Assembly (NCBI GenBank): GCA_045837725.1
Contig: JBEWZL010000123.1
Location: 62,001-126,000 of the forward strand
Origin: Vermamoeba vermiformis
Lineage: Eukaryota
Reading direction: 5' to 3'
Length of the DNA: 64,000 nt
Shown here: piece after piece, positions 55,925-64,000 of the stretch
How the letters are laid out: each line of letters starts with the position of its first letter
How positions within the stretch are numbered: position 1 is the stretch's first letter
Notes under the pieces: generated by a model
The model's input: the letters and a program-made list of their open reading frames with translations, nothing else
Told to the model about the DNA's origin: nothing
Database searches by the model: none
Translations under genes and position numbers: made by a program

Positions 55925-56156
55925 GCTGTAGCTGAGGTGTGGTGCGGTGCTGGTGCGTGTTGCGGGTGTGTTGACTGGCCGTGGTGCAAATTAAATGACA
56001 TTGACAGCCCTGGTAGATGGATGCTGCGAACCAGGACACGACATATATACAGATATATAAATATAGAGATAGGGAATATAGTGATGGTACAAATGAAGTT
56101 GGATTTATTACAAATACTAGGAGCAGTGCCCCCCCAGGTCCAGTGGTGTGCGCCCC

Positions 56157-56951
56157 TCACATCTTGACGGCGTGTTTCTTGGTCCACTCCTTGGCAATCT
56201 TGTTGAAGTTGGCGCGGTTGTTGCGGAATTGTTCCGCCACTTCTTCTTCCAGCGGCGAGTCCACATTGGGCTCGGACAACATGTTGCGCAGAATCAACAG
56301 CACTGCAATCACCTGTCAGTACACGCGCACATGGCTAGCATCATCATCGCACACTACTACGTACCCTCGTGAATCTTGAGCTGAGGGCTCCACGTGTCAC
56401 CCAAGATCTGCGTGCAAATGCTGCCGTCTGGTGCAAGGTGTTAGTTAGGGCCCTGTGAACGGCGGTAAGGTGCGTACTGACCTTTCTGCAACACATTGGG
56501 GTGATAAGTCTTTGTCAAGAAAGTGACCTGCGAATAGGTAGGGTGAGTAATAATGGCAATTTTAAACTTCGGTTTTTTTTTTCGAATCCGATGTACCTTT
56601 GGGGGCTTGAAGGGATACTCTGGAGGAATTTCCAAAGTAACTGTAAAAATACCCTTTTCATAGGGGCTGTTTTCCTATTTTTAGAAATTACATTAATAAA
56701 TTATTTATTAGCTGAATAAAAGAGAAAAAATCAAGACCAGCGCCCGTCAGTATGAATCACGATGACTTACAGGTCCCTCAATAGTGCACTTCCACTTGTG
56801 TAAATTGTCATCAACGAGAGCGGTAGTGGCCCAAGGCAATGGTTTTTCCTGGAGTTCTTTAAATTCCTGATGCGCGAAAAAGAACGGAATAAGCAACGCA
56901 AAATACGGGCTAGTAGCAAACTAATTGTACCTTTTGCAAGCGCTTAGCCAT
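56157..56951 (-). CDS. Ubiquitin-conjugating enzyme E2 (multi-exon)
   Basis: MAKRLQK|EF..W..GP..SPYE-x-G-x-F..YPFKPPK|V-x-F-x-TKTYHPN..G-x-IC..W-SP. Confidence 0.92.
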
Positions 56952-57196
56952 GATGTGAGGTGTGTTAATAGAGTTGAATTTGAATAATAAATAAAAAAAA
57001 ATTTGTGTTTGTGGCTTTTGAAAGAAATTTTGACCCTGATTGACTGGCCCTAGCTCGAGTGTACTCGCAGCAGCATTCATCACCCCTCTTGATTCACTGC
57101 AGCACACACCTCAGCGCGCAGTATTGACTTCTGCGCAGACATATTGAGCTTGGTGGACGCTGAACTATTCACTGGACCAGTTAACGGATTTGATCA

Positions 57197-59273
57197 ATGT
57201 CGAAATGGACTAGACCTGCTGTCTATGGACCTGCACCGAGTCCACGCTGTGCACATAGCACTGTAATACACAACTCTAAGCTGTTTGTGTTCGGCGGTAG
57301 GGGCTGCATTTTAATTGTTGTTTGATCAAACTCTGACAAGTGCTTTGTTAGGCTGGAATGGCAACAGAATGTTAAATGATTTATATATATTGCATCCAGG
57401 TATTTATTATAGTGTTAAATGACAAAAAGCACAAATTCGAATATTGATCTTAAAAATTGAAATTTAATCCACTTTATCCCCGCGAATTTAACTGAAATCA
57501 AAGCGTCAAATGTGCCGAATAATAATATAGATATCAAATTTACCGCGGTGTTGGCAATCAGAGCTCGTACAATCAATCGAACACCACCAGATCTGCAGTT
57601 CGTCTGACACCTTTACAGATACCATGGTGTGGAGCAGACCAGTCACTACCGGTCCACTGCCCAGTCCTCGCGCAGGGCACGCAGCAGTCGTTGTGGGAGG
57701 TTCAAGCGGTGTACTGGGCGAGGAGTCGAGTCAGATGGGCAGCTGGAACGACGGGCCCGCGAAGATGTTGCTGTTCGGCGGTGGTGACGGCAACAGCTAC
57801 TTGAACGACGTCTGCTGTCTGGACCTCAACACGCTCTCGTGGTCCGTGCTGCAGACTGGTGGCACTGTGCCATCACCGCGCTCGCGACACACGATGACGC
57901 TGATCAACGAGGGCCGCAGTGTGCTGATGCTGGGCGGGGGTGGCGACACACACGTGTACAACGACGTGTACGTGCTGGATGTGGAGTCGATGAAGTGGAG
58001 CAGACCCGTGTGTCACGGTCAGGTGCCGTTCAGTCGCTGGGGCCACACCTCACTCATGCTCACCGAGCGGCACTGTCTCATCTACGGCGGACACGACGGC
58101 CAGGTGATGATGAACGACGTGCACGTGCTCGACACGCACACCTGGCACTGGTATCAGCCGCAGCACCTCGCACCCCTCACGCCTGGCCTTGCACCCTCCC
58201 CGCGCGCAGGACACACGGCCACACTGGTGCAGATTGGCACGAGTCGCAAGGTGTTTGTGTTCGGGGGCGGGGACGGCAACAAGATCTTCAACGACAGCTA
58301 TCTGCTCGATGTGGACACCTGTCTCGCGGCCTGTCAGTCACCTGTCACGGGCACGTCACCGCGCACTGGGCACGTGCTCTGGTCCAAGCCACACGTCAAG
58401 GGCAGTTTGCCAGCAGCGCGCTGTGCCCACACCACCACGACCATTGAAGGCGCACTCGTCGTGTTCGGTGGTGGGGACGGCAGTCGACGCTTCAAGGATG
58501 TGTACGTGCTGGACTTGAATGGCCTCGGTGATGAGAACACACAGGCCAATCTGCTGCTCTCTGACGGCACGCACCAGCCCTCCGCATCCATTGCCATCAA
58601 CACCGCCAACAACAGCGCTGCAGTCGTGCCCACCAGTCCGCGCAATCACTCGCCCAGCAACAACATCAACGAACAGTCGCCGCACAGTCCGCAGCCCAAT
58701 CGCAACAAGCCACTCAAGCGCTCCTCGTCCTCGTCCTCCATCTCGCCGCAGTCCAATCCCGCCCCCGCACCACAGCCCCCGAGTCCGCCGACTGATGTGG
58801 TGAGCTGGCTGGGCAAGATTGGCATGGGCAAGTACGCTGACATGTTCGTGAAGGAGGAGATTGACATGTCGCTGCTGCCACACCTCACCGAGAAACATTT
58901 GTCCGAGAACTTGCGCGTGCCCACACTCGGAGCACGCCTGCGCATATTGAATGCAATCAGTGCACTCAAAGAGCAGTCACGTGTCAGCACTACAACTGTC
59001 GTGACGAGTCCACAGCCGTCACGTGATCAGCTCAAAATACAGCAGTTGGAGACCACCATGAATAAATTGGTCTCGTTGATCAGCGAGGCGTCGACCACAG
59101 TGATGGATCGACTGGCTACACGGCCTAGCAACACGAATAGCACGAGTAATAGCAACAGTTTGAGCACGAGTGGTAGTCACGGTAGCGCTGTCAGTAATGG
59201 CACGACAAATAGTCTTGGCAGCTCAAATGGGACGAATATTGGACCTGGATGTAATGGTCCAGCTTGTAAATAG
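57197..59273 (+). CDS. Kelch-repeat + SAM domain protein
   Basis: Six blades PSPR-x-x-H..FGG..ND; C-terminal VVSWLGKIGMGKYADMFVKEEIDMSLLPHLTEKHL..TLGARLRILNAI is a SAM domain. Confidence 0.88.
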
Positions 59274-59372
59274 TTGTAAGAATAGTAAAAATCATTGTAA
59301 CTCTAAATCCCAGCAAGAGCTTGAGTGGGACACACATCAGCCCTCAGTCCACAGGTTCACTTTAACTAAACC

Positions 59373-60770
59373 TGTTCTGTATGCTGCAAAATTTTAAATT
59401 TTGGAAATGCATAGTACTATCACTATATGATTGGAAGATATGAGTAATCGTCAAAGATATTGTAGTGACAGCAATTGTAAATTTTCATTAAGAATGAACC
59501 AGCACGTGTTTGCTACCGCAACTATTCATATTTTATGCAATCCTGAACTTTGACTACAATTCATTGTCGCCTAACGGAGGATGGCCAGTCTGGCTCGGCG
59601 GGCTATCCAGAACGTTTTGGCTATCCAGAGGCAGGTAGTGGAAACTTGGGTTGGCAACCATGCAGAAGTCCAGGTTCAAATCCCTGCCAGCATACGATTT
59701 TTTTTTACTGTATGGCTCGGTACCTGCTCAAGGTGGACAGAAACCGTCAACCACACAGAGGTGATGGGTTCAAATCCCAGAGGTAGCAATTATTTGTATT
59801 CACATACTTGCATTACTTTGGTTTTTTTTCAGCTAATAGGTTAATAATTGCAGGAATAATGGTTACTCAGTGCATTATGGTCACCCATTACAAAAAGAAG
59901 TTCTTTGCAAACCCTCCACATACTTATCTGGAAGTCTTTACTTTTACAGGACATACAACTTGTCTGGGCCGGATAACTTAGCCAGGCTGGACATCTCACC
60001 CTGGCTGGCTATGTCATCCACACTGGCGGACGTCTCGTCCGCCAAAAATTGGACGTCTGCCATGGACCGCACGTCCGCCGACCATACATTATATAGTACA
60101 AAGTTTTTAATAGGATTTCTATATGCCATGTATGTGGTTAAGAATATTCCTTCCATATAAAAAGGTTTTCCATCATGCTGGACAAAGTTACAACATAAAA
60201 AAGTATGAATAATGCAAAAAAAATTGGACAGTTAGGTGACAATGAATTGTATCCAAAGTTCAGTGATGCATAAAATACGTATAGTTGTGTTGTGCCAAGT
60301 AAGTGCTGATGGATGGGTTCATACTTAATGCTGAAAATTAACAAATTGCTGTCACTACAATATCTTTGACGATTACTTATATTTTCTTGTTATATAGTGA
60401 TAGTTCTATGTATTTCCAAAGTTTAAATGGTTTTGCAGCATATAGAACAAAGTTCTAGTACTTAAGTTCTTTGCAGAACAATGACATTTTCAGCCTCCAG
60501 CGGTTAGCCCAAAGCCTCCTGATGCCAATAGTAGTCCTTCTTGGGTCCGTTGGTGCTAATGGCAAAGTTAGGTATAAGTTGGTAAATTACTAACATCAGC
60601 GGACGCAGCGACCCCGGACGGACGCAATGTCCACGGACGGACGAAAAATTTTTGGCGGACGGGACGTCCGCCACTGGATTGGCCATCCTCCAACTGTCCA
60701 AATTTTTTTGCATTATTCATACTTTATGTTGTAACTTTGACATTTTCAATAAGTTTTCATGCAAGGAAAT
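59373..60770. mobile_element. Nested non-autonomous DNA-transposon relics
   Basis: Repeat A copy 1 (59373-59575 plus 60692-~60770) is split by element B (59576-60691; TIR GGAGGATGGCCA, TSD AAC). B contains an inverted second copy of A (~60140-60449). Confidence 0.75.
59660..59790 (+). pseudogene. Two degenerate tRNA-like sequences
   Basis: B-box GGTTCAAATCC at 59673-59683 followed by a T9 run. A second unit reads GGCTCGGTA..GCTCAAGGTGG..TGGGTTCAAATCCCA (59714-59787). No intact cloverleaf. Confidence 0.5.
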
Positions 60771-61294
60771 TCCTGTTGAAATTAGTATTACGCTGCCCTT
60801 CCCAATCCTGCCACCCTGGTCAATTGGGCTTGGCCATCCCTTATGGGGGCTGGGGTGTAAAGCAATTTACAATGCTTCTTCACAGACCTCTCCTCTTGCT
60901 GTTCTCAGATTAGATTGTGGTTGGTATGGCGGTAACCTTTGTTATCATCCAATTGAACGAAAGATCTGAAACAGTTTGTCCAATTAAATTGATTTTACTC
61001 CTTAATGTCTGATTTTGCTCTCTGCTGTTAGCCTTACACCCAGAGCTAGCTATACCACATTTGTATGATTTGGTTAGTTTTGAAAGACCTCAATACTTTG
61101 ACTTTCAAGCATGTATGGTGAGAATCCCAACTCACGTTGCAATGAGAAAGAGAACACCTTGTTGGGATTTGCTTCCAACCATTGCCTGCTGGTACCGCTA
61201 GACCAAAGACAACAAAACAAATATTATAGATTATGCCAGCTTTTGCCTCCCCTTAGAACAGAATAAAATTTTAATTTACAGTTGTGTCGCTATT

Positions 61295-63212
61295 TTACAA
61301 GTCTGTCTGCACTCGCAGCAAGTTGTACTCGTTCTTCAGCGGTGTCAGCATTGCAAAATTGAACTCCACAGGGAATGAGCCTGGATTTACCACGTGACAG
61401 TCCTCATGTTCCGTTGTAAATTGCGTGAAGTGATCGCCCAGCAACAACTACCACACAGTTAGTCAGGTCCACGCAACACAACACCAGCGCTACTTACGCA
61501 GTCAGGGGTGGGATACAGGCGCAGGGCGTGGTCGTGGGGCCAGTAGATGGGCTGCACGGTGAGGGGCAGGGGACACAAGTGTCCGCACTCGAGCACTGTC
61601 TTGGTGAACTGTGTGTGACACGTGTCAACTATCGCACGCGACGAGTGGCTAAAAATAGACTTACGTGCTGCACAAGACTGGCCGTGTCTGCGTTGGAGGG
61701 CTTCATGACGCAGTGGCGCCGCAGTTTGTTGACCACATCGTCGCGGAACACGACCACTTCGCGACTGCCGCACGTGATGCGACACGGACTGGTGGCAAAG
61801 TACAAATTAGGCTCGGTCACGTGATCGCGTTGAAGACGCAGGCCAGACTGATTGGCGATCAGATCTTGGAACTCTTGCATGAGTGGAGCACGTGGCAACA
61901 CGCCAGGACTGCTGGGAACAAAGTCGTGAGGCCCTGGCACGATTACTACCTAAATATGGTCATGAGCACGGCTGTCGATCGATCGGAGTGCCAGCACTGA
62001 CCTTGACTTCTTTGGACGCCAGCACTTGCAACACTTTGCCTAATTGGGACATCAGCTGTGATTGTGCAGAGACAGCTAATTTTGGATCAGAAATGAAATT
62101 TCCCATGAGTACCAGCACACCAGGGCCCATGCCAGTGACACCTGTCAAAAGTGTCTTCAGCGCACTCAGCACAGCGGGCTTGTCGAGCCAGACATCGCTC
62201 AGGGCCATTATCCACGTGTCAGGCGAGCCCTTTGCCAAATTAGGTAAGTCCACAGCACGAGGCAGTCACGTGATCTTACCGGCACCGAGCGAGCAGCGCA
62301 ATTGAGCTGTGGATGCAGTGCCAGGGCCTTGCTGCGCGGTTGTGAGGGCGGATATGCCAGGGCTTTGACGTGAAATTTCTGCTCGTCACGTGACACTTCA
62401 CCCTCGACCAGCACGACGCTGTTTTCAGTGAACAGACCGGTCATTTTCTCCGCTTGACTCAGATCGAGTTCAATGTGGCTCTTGAGATCTGCGAGGAGAT
62501 TCAGTCACGTGCACTTTCCAAATTAGGCAATCGTACCCTCCAAGAAGTAGCGGCCCTCTTCGAGTTGCGTGAGTATGCCGAGCACGTACTTGGTGCCCGC
62601 AGCGCCAATGAGTGACTCAATGGGCGTCAGTTTGTAGTACTGGTGCTGATCGATGTTCGACGCGAGCACTGGCGGCTGAAACAGCGGATTCGACAGCAGA
62701 CGCTGCTGAACGGTCACGAATCGCTCGCGCAACATGTTTGTCTTGTCGAGTGCAGTGCCGTGCAGCGAGGTCGTGTTCGGTGCACTGAACAGCAGCAGAT
62801 CAGCGCTCTGACACTAGACGAGGCGTCGAGTACTTACGGATCGAAGGTCTTCTTGGTCTGATTGTAGACGTACTTGGGCAGGTCAAAGGCATTGATCACG
62901 CGTATAAAGTCCTCTTGTTCCTTGTCGTCGGAGCTCTTGCTCTGTTGCTCTACACAGCGCTCGATCGTGTGCTTGTCGATCATGCCTTGATTCACTGCGA
63001 AGAAGAGTACGGCATTATTATCATATACATCCACATATATATGTATGTATATGGGACTACGTACGCTTTTGGCTGTCAATAGAGTTCAAGATCTTATCAA
63101 TGAACTCCGTCGCATTCGGTTGTTGTTGGCACAGCTCTTGCAATACTTCAAGCGCATCTAATTGCAGCACTAAGCCACGCAATTTGAAGCTGTTAATAAT
63201 GACTTTGTGCAT
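61295..63212 (-). CDS. POLE2: DNA polymerase epsilon subunit 2 (multi-exon)
   Basis: [68 protein letters not shown]-x-[16 protein letters not shown]. Confidence 0.93.
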
Positions 63213-63539
63213 GTGGAGTGTGGTGCAGGACAGTGTGCAGTTTGAATAATGTTATCAAAAAGGGCGCGGAAAGCAGTTCCAAGCGAAATCTCCCGCCGTA
63301 GCCCTGGCCGAGGGTGCGCAGAGGTGGGCAGTGTAACAGTAGTTGATGATTGGATGGTTGAACACACCTGCTGCACTATGCTCTTGAATTAATTTCCGTC
63401 AACAAATAAGCTAGCAGAGATCAGATCCAGCTCGTGCGAACAGCTGAACAACACTACGACTAGCTGACAATACAATAATTATAATAATTATTCGTATATT
63501 TAACGCCACTATTTAATCAAGGCCAGCAGTACCATCACC

Positions 63540-64000
63540 ATGATCAGCACTTTAAAAATCAACAAAATTGCGGCAGTACTCTCAGCACTGTGGAACAACA
63601 GCGCGGAGCTGAGCAGCTACATATCCGATGTGCAATATAGAGCTGTAGTTGCACTCTGCATGCCCACGCTGATGCGCATCCACACTCACAACACGCGCGT
63701 GCTCGGAGCACATCTGCTCTCGTTCAGTGAATTCAACTTGGTCAAACTTGGTCAACAGATGCTCGACCAGGGCCTCGTTGCACAACTGCACACACAGCTC
63801 GCCCTGGAAGAGAAGACTGGTGCCGCACTCAGCGCGGAACAATTGTTGCGTCAGTACGAAGCGAGTGACACGCGCGATCGCGTACGGTGAGTGACACGTG
63901 TCATTTGCGCACCTCCACCACTGACCTGTTTCCCAGCATTGTCATTGACGCATTGGTGCACTTGTCGCGTGAGTCAGTGCCTGACACGTGTCACAGTGCA
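63540..64000 (+). CDS. Hypothetical helical protein, truncated by the window end; start uncertain
   Basis: ORF 63540-63886, then a GTGAGT..CTGAC..CAG intron, then an in-frame open exon running to the window end. Confidence 0.5.

Noticed and set aside
59550-60969. Short ORFs in the repeat island as possible transposase
   Set aside because: All are ~105 aa or shorter, with no DDE, HUH or RT motifs.

Overview
Gene-dense eukaryotic (protist-like) genomic DNA with short spliceosomal introns (mostly 45-70 nt, longer and AT-rich near gene 5' ends) and many head-to-head gene pairs. About 31 protein genes were assembled by hand across introns. They include trehalase (5' end), a domain-of-unknown-function gene, FANCM, RAD21, NAC-beta, SSR3, SDHAF2, USP22, RPN6, NOP14, ARL5, LENG1-like, SMYD-like, CUL2-like, VPS51, V-ATPase E, MEI2-like, BUD23, Csm1-like, PAF1, a BBS-type chaperonin-like gene, SMC2, DCAF13, an E2, two kelch proteins and POLE2. 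The most unusual signals are: (i) a gene fusing a KIX domain, a catalytically degenerate DEDDh/DnaQ fold and a NUMOD1-like tail; (ii) a highly iterated palindrome (CACGTG, extended TGACACGTGTCA/TCACGTGA) that invades coding sequence in all frames; (iii) a reciprocally nested non-autonomous transposon island with an exact 12-bp TIR, 3-bp TSD and tRNA-like cassettes; (iv) a GATCGCGATC palindrome in early introns of three 40S-biogenesis genes; (v) a spliced stand-alone ARID gene missed by the ORF track. All family calls come from motif recognition by eye, not from database searches.
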